Positions 48,172 through 58,539 of a stretch of DNA of 64,000 nt are shown here, piece by piece. Within the stretch, counting starts at the first letter, position 1. Each line of letters starts with the position of its first letter. The DNA comes from Dehalococcoidia bacterium. GTDB lineage: Bacteria; Chloroflexota; Dehalococcoidia; Plut-88900. The notes beneath the pieces were generated by a model, which saw only the letters and a program-made list of their open reading frames with translations, made no database searches and was not told where the DNA came from. A program made the position numbers and the translations under genes. The stretch is taken from positions 32,001-96,000 of the forward strand of contig CBDBLV010000004.1 in NCBI GenBank assembly GCA_965207225.1, given 5' to 3'.

Positions 48172-49305
48172 CTACGTGAAGCGGGGCATGACCTTTTCGG
48201 CAAAGAGGGTGAGGCTCTTCATGGTCTTTTCGAAGGTAAGGCCGGGGAAGTTGAGGAAGAGGGTCATGTGGTCGCAGTTGACGGTTTCACGCAGGCGGTG
48301 GATGTCTTCGGCGACGGTGTCGGGTGTGCCGATGCAGACAAGGCCGTGCTTGCGCTGGAAGTCGAGCCACGGGAGATTAAAGTCGCCAGGGTCAAGTTCG
48401 TCCTCGGTGGCCATGGCGGAGTAGGCCTTGACGGGGTTGTGGGAGTACCACCTGCCAAGCTGCTTCGAGCCCCAACTGACGTCTTCAATAGCCTGTTCGT
48501 AGGTTTCGGCGACGTAGGTGGGCCTTACGACACAGAGTTTCTCTCCGAAGGCGACATCGCGGTGTTGGGCCCGGGACATGGCTTCCCGGTGAGCGGCCCA
48601 TGCTTCCTTAATCTTGCCGATGGATATGGACTGACAGAAGACGCCAAGGCCACGGCTACCTGCGAACTTGTGAGAGCCGAGGGAGTCGGCCATCTGCCAG
48701 ATGGGGGGGTGGGGCTTCTGGAAGGGCTTGGGGAAAACGCCCATGGCTTTCAACTCGCCGCCGGGGGCGTGGTAGTCGGGGTCGTAGACCATGGGGTTGG
48801 ACTCGACCCAGCCGGGGACCGGGAACTTGTAGAACCTGCCTTCGTGCCGGAAGGCTTCCTGGGTCCAGGCACCGACGATAATGTCCAGGGACTCGGAGAA
48901 GAGGGCGTAGTTGGACTCCTGGTTGCGCCTGTCGGCGTCCAGGTTGAACTGAATGGAGGCGCGGGTGTCGATGCCGCGGGCGATGCCGAAGTCGACGCGG
49001 CCCTTGGTGAACTGATCCATGAGGGCAACGTCCTCGGCGACGCGAAGCGGGTGCCAGTCGGGGAGGACGACGCCGCATTGGCCGAACCTGAGGCGGTCAC
49101 TGAAGCGGGAGAGGCGGGTGCCCAAAAGGATGGGATTGGGGGCGGAGTTGTACCAGCCGTCCCAGGCGAAGTGGTGCTCGGCGAGCCAGAAGGTGGTGAA
49201 ACCGGCCTGGTCGGCGAACTTGACCTGGGTCTCGGCTTCGTCGACAAGCTTCTCCCAAGGGTAGGTCTCGCCTACATGGGTGTAGAGGGTGACGTCAAAG
49301 CGCAT
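48172..49305 (-). CDS. LLM class flavin-dependent oxidoreductase (tandem paralogue 1)
   Basis: MRFDVTLYTHVGE, WLAEHHFAWDGWY, PFQKPHPPIWQ. Confidence 0.92.
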   Translation of the reverse strand: MRFDVTLYTHVGETYPWEKLVDEAETQVKFADQAGFTTFWLAEHHFAWDGWYNSAPNPILLGTRLSRFSDRLRFGQCGVVLPDWHPLRVAEDVALMDQFTKGRVDFGIARGIDTRASIQFNLDADRRNQESNYALFSESLDIIVGAWTQEAFRHEGRFYKFPVPGWVESNPMVYDPDYHAPGGELKAMGVFPKPFQKPHPPIWQMADSLGSHKFAGSRGLGVFCQSISIGKIKEAWAAHREAMSRAQHRDVAFGEKLCVVRPTYVAETYEQAIEDVSWGSKQLGRWYSHNPVKAYSAMATEDELDPGDFNLPWLDFQRKHGLVCIGTPDTVAEDIHRLRETVNCDHMTLFLNFPGLTFEKTMKSLTLFAEKVMPRFT

Positions 49306-49380
49306 GAGTGGTGGTTCTCTTTTCGGTTGGGAACGGCAGTTTGCACCCAGTTCGGGGATGCTGCCTGAATGATGTAGCTC

Positions 49381-50259
49381 CTATGAGAGCTTATCTGTGA
49401 TCTCCTTGTATTCGCGGAAGGCGTCGAGGTGGTTGGCTACGGTGTCGAGGCCGCAGTTCATGGTGTCGAGGTAGAACTTGTTTCCACCGATTTCGTGCCA
49501 GGCAGTGACGTAGTCTGCGATTTGATTCATGGGCATGTCGTCGAGATTAATCTGAACGGCGATCTCGATGTCGTTCGGGTCCCGACCCGCCTCCAGGGCA
49601 GCATTCCGGATAACCTCCAGCTTCTTCTTAGCGTTGCCAGGGTGATCGGTGGTCGGGAACCAGCCATCGCCGAGGCGCCCCGTTCTCTGAAGGACAGGGT
49701 AGGCGTCGCCGCCAATCCAGAGGGGTATGGGCTGCTGGACGGGGAAGGGCTTCATACCAGCCTGTCGGATGGTGTGCCAGCGGCCCTGGTAGTTGACGAC
49801 TTTTTTGGTCCAAAGGGCGCGCATGACGTCGATCTGCTCCTCGATGCGCTTGCCCCGGTTGTGGAAGTCCTCGCCGAGGGCCTCGAACTCCACGGGGTTC
49901 CAGCCGACGGCGATGCCGAGCACCAGGCGGCCGTTGCTGAGGTTGTCGACCTCGGCAGCCTGCTTGGCAATGAGGGTTGTCTGGCGCTGGGGTAGGATGA
50001 CTATGCCGGTGATGAGCTTGATGCGCTCGGTGATGGCGGCGGCGTAGCCGAGAAGGACCATGATCTCGTGGAAGTTGTCGTCGATGTCATAGAAAAAGTC
50101 GACACCGCTGTTGTTGTAGAAGTCGGTGTTGGCGCCCAGGACGTGGTCATAAACGACGAGGCCCTCGAAGCCCATCTCTTCGCTGGCCTGTATGATCTCT
50201 TTCGCGGGCCCCGGCTCCGAGCCTATCTCGGTCTGGGGGAATACGACTCCGAAATCCAT
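49381..50259 (-). CDS. LLM class oxidoreductase, probably F420-dependent
   Basis: MDFGVVFPQTEIG, YDHVLG, ILPQRQT..AKQAAEVD, GWNPVEFEALG, IPLWIGG, GDGWFP. Confidence 0.85.
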   Translation of the reverse strand: MDFGVVFPQTEIGSEPGPAKEIIQASEEMGFEGLVVYDHVLGANTDFYNNSGVDFFYDIDDNFHEIMVLLGYAAAITERIKLITGIVILPQRQTTLIAKQAAEVDNLSNGRLVLGIAVGWNPVEFEALGEDFHNRGKRIEEQIDVMRALWTKKVVNYQGRWHTIRQAGMKPFPVQQPIPLWIGGDAYPVLQRTGRLGDGWFPTTDHPGNAKKKLEVIRNAALEAGRDPNDIEIAVQINLDDMPMNQIADYVTAWHEIGGNKFYLDTMNCGLDTVANHLDAFREYKEITDKLS

Positions 50260-50268
50260 GACGGCCTC

Positions 50269-51330
50269 CTATCTCTTTCTTCCGGTGAGTATATATCGGG
50301 TGGGGAGGGGGTGGTCGGGTTCTTTGACGTCGGCGAATCCGGCGTTGGTCATCAGGCGGCGAAGCTGGCCCTGGGTGATCATGCCGCAGCCGACTAGGGC
50401 CTCGTGGAGCTGGACGCCGGCCATCATCTGGTAGGCGGGGTTGTCGCGGTAGTCGGCTGGGGAGTCGGGGTAGGGAAGCTCAGAGACTATGATAGCGCCG
50501 CCGGGGCGCAGGGCCTTGTGCGCTCGATTGAGGACGTTTTCGTAGGAGTCGGGGCCGCCGACCTCGTGGAGGGTGACGTTCATGGTGAGGAGGTCGAAGG
50601 CAGAGTCGTAGTCCATGGCGTTGGCGTCGGCTTCCATTACCCGGGCGCGTTCGCCTAGACCGGAGTCGTCAATGGCCTGGAGAGCTAAGGCTGTGCTGGG
50701 CGCGTCGTACTCGATGCCGAGGACACGGGCGTTGGGGAAACGCCTAGCGTAGTGGACGACGCCGTATCCGGCGCCGGCGCCTATATCCAGGATGTCCAAG
50801 CTCGACATAATGACATCATTGGATAGGACTTGGGGAAGGACGGAGTCGGTGATGACGGCGTAGTCGGGCTTGGTCATGTTCTTGAGGGCCTCGAGGAGCC
50901 AAGGGTCGTGCTCGCTTCTCGGCCAGGTGCCGCCGTTGGGCAGGTATTTCGGGAAAGCATGCAGGTCTTGATGGAGGGCGGCGTTGAACTGGATTCGTCC
51001 GCCCAGGAAGAGGGGATCGGTCGGGTCAAGGAGGACGGACTGCATGTGAGGGGTGAGGCAGTAGCCTGAGGTCTCGTCCCAATCTAGCATTTCGTAGGCG
51101 TAGGCGGCGCGGCACCAGATGGCGACGTAGCGGGTTTCGTAATCGAGGCGCTTAGCCAGTACCTCGTCGCTGATTCCCTGCCCGCCACCCTGGGAGATTC
51201 CTGCAAAGAGGCCGGACTTGAGGCCGATGTCGGCGACCCACGTTGCCTGGTAGCCGAGGATGTAGTCGACGAGCTTGCGCCAAGCGGCTTGCTTGCCGGG
51301 CTGTTGCGTTGTGGCCTGTTCGGGTGTCAA
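50269..51330 (-). CDS. Class I SAM-dependent methyltransferase with N-terminal wHTH-like region
   Basis: ILDIGAGAG, FDLLTMNVTLHE, LRPGG. Likely TTG start at 51330 (the track's start at 51492 overlaps the divergent gene). Confidence 0.85.
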   Translation of the reverse strand: MTPEQATTQQPGKQAAWRKLVDYILGYQATWVADIGLKSGLFAGISQGGGQGISDEVLAKRLDYETRYVAIWCRAAYAYEMLDWDETSGYCLTPHMQSVLLDPTDPLFLGGRIQFNAALHQDLHAFPKYLPNGGTWPRSEHDPWLLEALKNMTKPDYAVITDSVLPQVLSNDVIMSSLDILDIGAGAGYGVVHYARRFPNARVLGIEYDAPSTALALQAIDDSGLGERARVMEADANAMDYDSAFDLLTMNVTLHEVGGPDSYENVLNRAHKALRPGGAIIVSELPYPDSPADYRDNPAYQMMAGVQLHEALVGCGMITQGQLRRLMTNAGFADVKEPDHPLPTRYILTGRKR

Positions 51331-51403
51331 GGTAGCACTCGTCGATTGAAGAATGGGGCCGGTCGGGTAATAATACCCCGAAATCCAGCACACCGGACAA
51401 GGA

Positions 51404-54400
51404 ATGAGCATGTTCAAAATCGGGATAGACGTAGGGGGAACGTTCACGGACCTGGTGGTCACGAGGTCGGGGGAGGGGCCCCGGTTATACAAGACGCCTT
51501 CGACGCCTCAGGACCCCTCTGAGGGGGTGTTGGACGGGCTTCGGGACGTGGCGGAGGACTACGGGCTGGGGATGACGGAGCTGTTGTCCAATACGTCGAT
51601 GGTCATACACGGGACGACAGTGGCAACGAACACGCTGGTGGAGCGGAAGGGGGCGGGAGTAGGGCTGGTGACTACGGGAGGATTCCGGGACCTGTTGGAA
51701 ATGCGAGAGGGCATGAAGGAGGACCGTTACAACCTTCGGATGAAACAGATGGAAGCCCTGGTGCCCCGGTATCTGCGAATCGGGGTGCCGGAGCGCACCC
51801 GGGCGGACGGTTCGATAAAGGAGGAATTGGACGAGGATGCGGTGGCGGAGACGGTTAAGGAGATGCTTGGGGAGGGGGTTGAATCGCTGGCGGTGTGCTT
51901 CCTGTTTTCGTACCTGAACCCGGAGCACGAGCGTCGGGTGGGGGAGATTATCGAGAGGCTGGCGCCGGGGATGTACACGTCGCTCTCGCACGAGATTCTG
52001 CCGCAGATCAAGGAGTTCGACCGGCTGAGCACGACGGTGGTGAACTCGTATGTCGGGCCGGTGTTCGGCAGGTACCTGACGCGGCTGAAGGAGCGGCTGG
52101 TGGCGTTCAGCAATGACAACGACATCCTGATAATGCAGTCAAACGGCGGCGTGACGCCTATCAACGATTCGAAGAACCAGGCGGTGAAGGCGATCCTGTC
52201 GGGGCCGGCGGGCGGGGTGGCGGGGGCGCAGAGCTTCGGAGAGCTGGTGGGAGAGAGCAACCTGATCGGGTTCGACATGGGTGGCACGAGCACGGACATA
52301 TCGCTTATAGAGGACGGCGTCCCGCACGTGACAACGGAGCAGTTCGAGGGCGGGTGGAAGATTGCGGTGCCAATGATAGACATCCACACGCTGGGGGCGG
52401 GGGGCGGGAGCATAGCGCGGGTTGATCCGGGAGGAATACTGAGGGTCGGGCCAGAGAGTGCGGGGGCAGAACCGGGGCCTGCGTGTTACGGGAAGGGCGG
52501 CGACAAGCCGACGGTTGCGGACTCCAACCTCGTTTTGGGGTTCCTATCGGAGACGAATTTCCTGGGGGGCAGGGAGGCGTTGGACAAGGACAAGGCGGAG
52601 AAAGCGATCAGCAAGAACATCGGAGGGCTGGGGCTGTCGACGGTGGAGGCGGCGTACGGCGTGCACCAGGTGGTGTCGACGAACATGGCGGAGGGGATAC
52701 GCTTGCTGGCGGCAAGGCGGGGAGTCGACCCACGGGACTTCTCTCTGGTGGCGTTTGGGGGATCGGCGGGGCTGCACGTAAGCGAGATAGCAAGGCAGCT
52801 ACACATTGAGCAGGTGTACGTGCCCTCGACTGCGCCTGTTTTGTCGGCGTACGGGATGCTGTCAACGGACCTGCGGTACGACTTCTCGCTTTCTCACCCT
52901 GTGAGTCTCGACAGTATTGACCTGAGGGAGGTGAGACGGCTGGCGGGGGAGATGGAGGAGAGGGGTCGGGTGAGGCTGCGGGAACAGGGGCTGGAGGACG
53001 AGGAAATCCGGGTGTCGGTGTCGGCGGACATGCGGTACCTGGACCAGATATTCGAGGTGAACGTGCCGGTGCCCGACCTGTCGCAGGAGGACTCGGCGGT
53101 GCTGGAGCAGTGGTCAGCTAACCTGCACCGGAGGTACCAGGAGCTTTATTCGTACCAGCAGTCGGACCAGGAGATAAGGCTTGTGACGCTACGGGCGTCG
53201 GTGTTTGGGGCCTTGCCCTCGGTAGATCTGCCCAAGCCGGAAGCCAGAGGCAAGGTGGAGGATGCGCTGAAGGGTGAACGAAGGGTCTACCTGGGCGAGT
53301 GGGCAGAGGTCCCGGTCTACGACATGGAGAAGCTGCCTGCGGGGTGGGAGATGGAGGGGCCGGCGATCGTGGAGTCGGACTTCACTACGATACTCGTACA
53401 GGCTGGGGACCAGGCGTCGGCGGACGGGTACGGCGGGATGCGGATGCAGGTAGCGATAGAGGAGGAAACGGAGGAGAAGGGTCAAGGGGGCAAGCCGGAC
53501 CCGATCACGGTGGCGGTGGTGGAGAGCCGGTTGAACACGATTGCGCTGGAGATGGCGGAGGTGATGATCCGGACATCGATGTCTCAGATCTTGAATTCGA
53601 GTCGGGACTTTTCGACGGCGATAATCGATGCGGACTGCCAGCTGGTGGCCCAGGGTGAAGGGATCCCGGTGCATATAAGCGCGTTACCGCTGGCAGGGAA
53701 GGCAGTGAAGGAGTATTTCGGGGAGCGGATATACGAAGGGGACATGTTCGCGCTTAACGACCCGTATTTCGGGGGGAGTCATATCCCGGACATCACGGTG
53801 ATCCTGCCTATCTTCTATGAGGGAAAGCTGCAGTTCTTTGCCGTGAACAGGGCGCACCACAGCGACGTGGGAGGGGCGACACATGGCGGGTACAACCCCT
53901 CGGCGAGCGAGATTTACCAAGAGGGGATCAGGATTCCCCCGCTGAAGCTGATAGAAAAGGGCGTGCCCCGGGATGACGTGCTGCAGATGCTGTCGGCGAA
54001 CGTGAGGCACCCGGAGAACTTCCTCGGGGACTTGCAGGCGCAGTTCGGGTCGGTGAGGATTGCGGCGCGTCGCATCACGAACATGCTGGACAGATACGGG
54101 GCGGAGGGGCTCAAAGCGTCGGTTGACGAGATCCTGCGTGGGACGGAGGTGCAGGTAAGGGACATGATCTCCTCGTGGCCCGACGGGGTGTACAAGGGGG
54201 AATCGCTGATCGATGACGACGGCTTCGGAGCGGAGATGGTGCCGATCCGGGCCACGGTGACGATAGACGGGGACAGGATGACCATCGACCTAAGCGAGTC
54301 GAGCAAGCAGGTCACGGGATTCATCAACAGCGCGTACGCGAACACGAGGTCGCTAGCGCACGTATCCCTGATGTACATGGCGCCCTTCGACGTGGCGAGG

Positions 54401-55126
54401 AACGAGGGATCGATGAGGCCGATCACGGTGGTGGCGCCCAAGGGTCTTATCGTGAATCCCAACCCGCCTGCGCCTGTGACGATGAGCACCAATCACTGCG
54501 GCGAGGAGATCGTGGAGGCGGTGTTCAGGGCGATGGTGCAAGCGGTACCTGATGCGGTGACGGCAGGCTTTTCTCGACGGCTGAGGTATGCGATCACGGG
54601 CGAAGACCCGAGCAATGGCCGGCGGTTTATCTGGCACTTCTTCCTCGGGAGGGGGGGAGGAGGGGCGTCGAGCGGGTTTGACGGGTGGTCAAACGTGGGG
54701 GAGATCAACGTGGCGGGAGGAATCCGGAGCCCAAGCGTTGAGGTGACGGAGGAGCGTTTCCCGTTTTTCATACCGCGCTACGAACTGCTGCCTGACTCGG
54801 GCGGGGATGGGCGGTGGAGGGGAGGACTCGGGAGCGTGGTGGAATTGGTGTACGAGGGGTCGCCCGGGGCCCGGCTGAACACGGCGGGAGACGGGATAGT
54901 GAATGCACCTTTCGGGCTGCTGGGGGGAAGTCCGGGATGGGCCCATCGGTACAGCATCCTCTCCAACGGGAGCGAACGCGTTTTACATTCGAAGGAGACG
55001 GGCGTGCCGGTGAAACCCGGCGACATAATCCTCTGCTACGCGGCGGGGGGTGGGGGCTACGGCGACCCTTCGCTACGAGACGAAGACTTGAGAAAACAGG
55101 ACTTCAGGAATGGCTACTGTACATAA
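51404..55126 (+). CDS. Fused hydantoinase/5-oxoprolinase (A+B), ATP-hydrolysing
   Basis: IGIDVGGTFTD, HGTTVATN, SGPAGG, DMGGTSTD, GAGGGS, GPESAGAEPGPACY. B part: SRDFS, NDPYFGGSHIPD, HHSDVGG, EGIRIPP, GGGGYGDP. Confidence 0.93.
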   Translation: MSMFKIGIDVGGTFTDLVVTRSGEGPRLYKTPSTPQDPSEGVLDGLRDVAEDYGLGMTELLSNTSMVIHGTTVATNTLVERKGAGVGLVTTGGFRDLLEMREGMKEDRYNLRMKQMEALVPRYLRIGVPERTRADGSIKEELDEDAVAETVKEMLGEGVESLAVCFLFSYLNPEHERRVGEIIERLAPGMYTSLSHEILPQIKEFDRLSTTVVNSYVGPVFGRYLTRLKERLVAFSNDNDILIMQSNGGVTPINDSKNQAVKAILSGPAGGVAGAQSFGELVGESNLIGFDMGGTSTDISLIEDGVPHVTTEQFEGGWKIAVPMIDIHTLGAGGGSIARVDPGGILRVGPESAGAEPGPACYGKGGDKPTVADSNLVLGFLSETNFLGGREALDKDKAEKAISKNIGGLGLSTVEAAYGVHQVVSTNMAEGIRLLAARRGVDPRDFSLVAFGGSAGLHVSEIARQLHIEQVYVPSTAPVLSAYGMLSTDLRYDFSLSHPVSLDSIDLREVRRLAGEMEERGRVRLREQGLEDEEIRVSVSADMRYLDQIFEVNVPVPDLSQEDSAVLEQWSANLHRRYQELYSYQQSDQEIRLVTLRASVFGALPSVDLPKPEARGKVEDALKGERRVYLGEWAEVPVYDMEKLPAGWEMEGPAIVESDFTTILVQAGDQASADGYGGMRMQVAIEEETEEKGQGGKPDPITVAVVESRLNTIALEMAEVMIRTSMSQILNSSRDFSTAIIDADCQLVAQGEGIPVHISALPLAGKAVKEYFGERIYEGDMFALNDPYFGGSHIPDITVILPIFYEGKLQFFAVNRAHHSDVGGATHGGYNPSASEIYQEGIRIPPLKLIEKGVPRDDVLQMLSANVRHPENFLGDLQAQFGSVRIAARRITNMLDRYGAEGLKASVDEILRGTEVQVRDMISSWPDGVYKGESLIDDDGFGAEMVPIRATVTIDGDRMTIDLSESSKQVTGFINSAYANTRSLAHVSLMYMAPFDVARNEGSMRPITVVAPKGLIVNPNPPAPVTMSTNHCGEEIVEAVFRAMVQAVPDAVTAGFSRRLRYAITGEDPSNGRRFIWHFFLGRGGGGASSGFDGWSNVGEINVAGGIRSPSVEVTEERFPFFIPRYELLPDSGGDGRWRGGLGSVVELVYEGSPGARLNTAGDGIVNAPFGLLGGSPGWAHRYSILSNGSERVLHSKETGVPVKPGDIILCYAAGGGGYGDPSLRDEDLRKQDFRNGYCT

Positions 55127-56354
55127 GGGAAACGATTGCGACCTGGTTATCGCAGGAGCGGGGATCGCGGGGGCGAGCCTTGCGGTGTCGATGGCCCGTG
55201 CGGGGTACGGGGTTCTGCTGGTAGAGGCAACGACCGAGTTCAGGGACCGGGTAAGGGGAGAGTTCATCTTCCCTTGGGGCGTTGTCGAGGCGGGGAGGCT
55301 GGGAGTCTACGACGAGATTCTCGGGGCGGGGGGGCACCATGTTTTCTGGATGGACATGTACGGCGGTCCCAAGCGGTTGTTCCACGGCGACCTGGTGAAC
55401 GACACGGGGGCAGGGGTGTCGGCGGTGACTTTCTTTCACCCGACGATGCAAAGGAGCCTTATGGAGGCGGCGACTGAGTCGGGAGTGACGGTGGTGCGAG
55501 GGACGCGGGTGAAGGGGCTGGAGCGAGTGGGGGGGCAAATCGTGTTGCGAACGGAGGGAACGGTGGCGGAGGAGTTCAGGTGCCGGATGCTCGTGGGAGC
55601 GGATGGGAGGGGGTCGCAGACCCGGGCTTTGGGAGGGTTCCGGGTGAGTCGGGACCCGGATTCCAACATGGTTGCAGGGTTGCTTTTCGACGACATGGGG
55701 GTGGCTGACGATGCGGCACACCATTGGGCCAATCCTAACGCGGGGATAGCGGCAATCCTGTTTCCGCAGGGGAAGGGTCGGGTGCGGGCATATTACTGCC
55801 ACAGGTGGGACGCAGGATACAGGCTGAGTGGCGGTAAGGACGAGGAGAAGTTCATAGAAGGGTTCCTAAGGACGGGGGCGCCGGAGGAGGTGTTCTCGGG
55901 GGCGAGGCCCGCGGGGCCTCTGGCGACGTTCGAAGGGGCGCATACGTGGGTCGACCACCCGTACATGGACGGCGTGGCATTGATAGGGGATGCGGCAGCG
56001 ACGGGGGACCCGACGTGGGGGCAGGGGCTTTCGACGAGCCTGCGGGACTCGCGGCTTTTGAGGGACGCCCTGGTGTCGAATGAGGACTGGGAGTCGGCGG
56101 GGCATGCCTATGCGTCGGGGCACGACGCCTTTTACGAGATAAATCACACCTACGAAGTCTGGACAAGCCACCTGCTGATGGACCCGAATTCTCGGGAGCT
56201 CAGGGCTCGGGCGGTGCCGAAGTTGAAGATGGACCCGTTCGGGCACATGCACGCCTTCTACATCGGGCCGGACAGGTCGCTGGACGAGCGGTCGCACGCG
56301 GAGTTCTTTGCGGAGGTGGAGGACGTGGGGGTGGCCACGTCAGAAAGGCGATAA
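55110..56354 (+). CDS. FAD-dependent monooxygenase/oxidoreductase
   Basis: GAGIAG Rossmann motif, RVRGE, LVGADGRGS, LIGDAA..DPTWGQGLS. Confidence 0.88.
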   Translation: MATVHKGNDCDLVIAGAGIAGASLAVSMARAGYGVLLVEATTEFRDRVRGEFIFPWGVVEAGRLGVYDEILGAGGHHVFWMDMYGGPKRLFHGDLVNDTGAGVSAVTFFHPTMQRSLMEAATESGVTVVRGTRVKGLERVGGQIVLRTEGTVAEEFRCRMLVGADGRGSQTRALGGFRVSRDPDSNMVAGLLFDDMGVADDAAHHWANPNAGIAAILFPQGKGRVRAYYCHRWDAGYRLSGGKDEEKFIEGFLRTGAPEEVFSGARPAGPLATFEGAHTWVDHPYMDGVALIGDAAATGDPTWGQGLSTSLRDSRLLRDALVSNEDWESAGHAYASGHDAFYEINHTYEVWTSHLLMDPNSRELRARAVPKLKMDPFGHMHAFYIGPDRSLDERSHAEFFAEVEDVGVATSERR

Positions 56355-57116
56355 ATGACAACCGAAAACATTCAACGCATCTATCTGGACGGCCGGCACT
56401 ACGATCTGGCCTACAGGAACTTCACGGAAGATGTCGATTTCTGGATCGGGGAGGCGAAGCGTCACGGGGGGCCGATACTGGAACTGGCGTGCGGGACTGG
56501 ACGGATAGCTATTCCGCTGGCGAGGGAAGGGCTTGAGGTGACGGGGCTGGACCTGGTGGGGTCGATGCTGGAGCAGGCGCGGGTGAATTCGGAGGCGGAG
56601 GGGCTGGAAATCGAGTGGGTAGAGGCAGACATGCGATATTTCTCCCTGGGAAAGACGTTCCCGCTTATCATCTGCCCCTCACAGAGCATGTCGCGGATAT
56701 TGAAGGTCGAGGACTTCGAGAATTGTCTGTCTCGGGTCAAGGAGCATCTGACGCCGGCCGGGGTGTTCATAATGGAGCTGTACAACCCGTCGATGGAGAT
56801 CCTCGGTCAGGGGGAGGACAGGGCACCGTTCCTAGAGTACGAACATCCGGACGGCGATGGGACGGTGCGGGTAAATGTCAGCAGCACTTACGACACTGCG
56901 ACTCAGATCCAGCACCTGATACTGCACTATTCACTGCCGGAGGTGAAAGAGCAGCCGACGGAGCATATCAACATCCGGATGTATTTTCCTCAGGAACTGG
57001 AGGCCCTACTCAGATACAATGGGTTCGAGGTGGTGGAGAAGTATGGGAACTTCGAGGGTAAGGGATTTGAGTCGGGGGACGAGTACCAGGTGGTGGTGTG
57101 CGGGGTGAGTCCCTAA
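56355..57116 (+). CDS. Class I SAM-dependent methyltransferase
   Basis: ILELACGTGRIAIPLA, GLDL, ADMR, HLTPAG, ELEALL. Confidence 0.9.
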   Translation: MTTENIQRIYLDGRHYDLAYRNFTEDVDFWIGEAKRHGGPILELACGTGRIAIPLAREGLEVTGLDLVGSMLEQARVNSEAEGLEIEWVEADMRYFSLGKTFPLIICPSQSMSRILKVEDFENCLSRVKEHLTPAGVFIMELYNPSMEILGQGEDRAPFLEYEHPDGDGTVRVNVSSTYDTATQIQHLILHYSLPEVKEQPTEHINIRMYFPQELEALLRYNGFEVVEKYGNFEGKGFESGDEYQVVVCGVSP

Positions 57117-57148
57117 GACGCTCCCCGCCCATGCCGCCCATTAGACCT

Positions 57149-57196
57149 CCTTCGAGAGCCTTAGGACGGGCTTCGATTCCGCCCAGGGTGAGCGGA
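57149..57196 (+). repeat. REP-like family C, tandem units
   Basis: CCTTCGAGAGCCTTAGGACGGG followed by CTTCGATTCCGCCCAGGGTGAGCGG. Confidence 0.55.
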
Positions 57197-57294
57197 ATGA
57201 TGCCCGGCACCCGTAGGACATAGCCTAAATCTTCATTTACAATCCTCTGCGCCCCCGTGCGATTTCTGAATTCTGAAGTGGGGCGAGACGCTAG

Positions 57295-58539
57295 ATGGCA
57301 GTAGAATCCCAAGCCCTGAGCAGCGACACCGAGGAGAGAATCGGATTTCGGTGGGTGGTGCTGTCCTATTTGGGGCTGGCCAACGGGACGGTGGTGCTGT
57401 TCGTGCTTTCGCTGGGGGTCTTACTGCCATCGATCTCCGATGATCTCGGGCTGTCGCCGACGGCGCAGGGGCTGCTGGGATCGTCGGCGCTGTTCGGGAA
57501 CCTGGTGCTGGCGTTGCCGTTGAGCATCGTGCTGTCCCGGTACAGGGGCAGGGTGGTGCTGCTGGGGGCGCTGGTGGGGATGAGCCTGTTCGGGCTTGGG
57601 CAGGCATGGGCGCCGATATTCGTGGTACTGCTGGTAAGCCGGTGGCTGTTCGGGCAAGCGGCGGCAGCGATGCACCCGGCCAGGACGCTGCTGATAAACC
57701 AGTGGTTCCCGCGCCGAGAGATCATCTTCGCCAACGGTATTTTCAACGGGACTTACGGGGTCGCGGCACTGGCGGCCCTTGTGCTGGTGCCCTTCGTTCT
57801 GGAATGGCTGGACGACAACTGGCGGCTGGTAATCCTGTGCTGCAGTCTGCCCATATTCGCGTACACGCTACTGTGGGCGGTACACGGTCGTAGGGAGAGG
57901 ACTGTGGCCTCGGCGACGCAGGGTGCCAAGGAGAGGTTAGACCTGGGGAAGGTGCTGGGGCAGCCGGTGCTCTGGATTGTCGGGCTGGGGATGCTGGGGC
58001 TGAACCTGATGTGGAGCTCCCTGATCACATTCTGGCCGACCTTGCTGCTCGAGGAGTACGACATCTCTATCAAGACGTCGGGGCAGATGTTTGCGATGGC
58101 GGCGATGCTGGAGGGGGTGGGGAGCGTGGTTGTGGGTTACCTGGTGGCCAAGTGGGCGCGAAGGGACGTGATGGGTCCGACGATAGCGGCACTGGGGACG
58201 GTGGTGACCGTGGGGTCAGTGGGGATGGCGTGGACGGGGAGCATACCGCTGCTGATCATGTTCGCGCTGCTGCACGGGGTGGGATTCTCGCTGGTGCCCT
58301 TCGTATGGACTTTGCCGTACAGGATCCAGGGTTTCGGGGCGCGGGACATAGCGGTGGGCATCGGCTTCATTGAGACGTGCCTGCTGGCGGGAGGGGCCAT
58401 AGGGCCGGCGATGACGGGAGTCATCCAGGACGCCACCGGAGACCTGCGCCTAGCAATGCTGATAGCCTGCTCCTTCGCGGCGGCGATAGCAGTTGCGGGG
58501 CTGGTAGTGACCGTACGCGGACTAGGGAGTCGAGACTAA
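57295..58539 (+). CDS. MFS transporter
   Basis: About 12 TM segments, QWFPRRE; paralogue of 26762..27988. Confidence 0.85.
   Translation: MAVESQALSSDTEERIGFRWVVLSYLGLANGTVVLFVLSLGVLLPSISDDLGLSPTAQGLLGSSALFGNLVLALPLSIVLSRYRGRVVLLGALVGMSLFGLGQAWAPIFVVLLVSRWLFGQAAAAMHPARTLLINQWFPRREIIFANGIFNGTYGVAALAALVLVPFVLEWLDDNWRLVILCCSLPIFAYTLLWAVHGRRERTVASATQGAKERLDLGKVLGQPVLWIVGLGMLGLNLMWSSLITFWPTLLLEEYDISIKTSGQMFAMAAMLEGVGSVVVGYLVAKWARRDVMGPTIAALGTVVTVGSVGMAWTGSIPLLIMFALLHGVGFSLVPFVWTLPYRIQGFGARDIAVGIGFIETCLLAGGAIGPAMTGVIQDATGDLRLAMLIACSFAAAIAVAGLVVTVRGLGSRD

Noticed and set aside
23441-55126. ggt plus oxoprolinase as a linked gamma-glutamyl cycle
   Set aside because: The genes are 26 kb apart in separate operons, and both belong to broad families, so nothing in the sequence links them.
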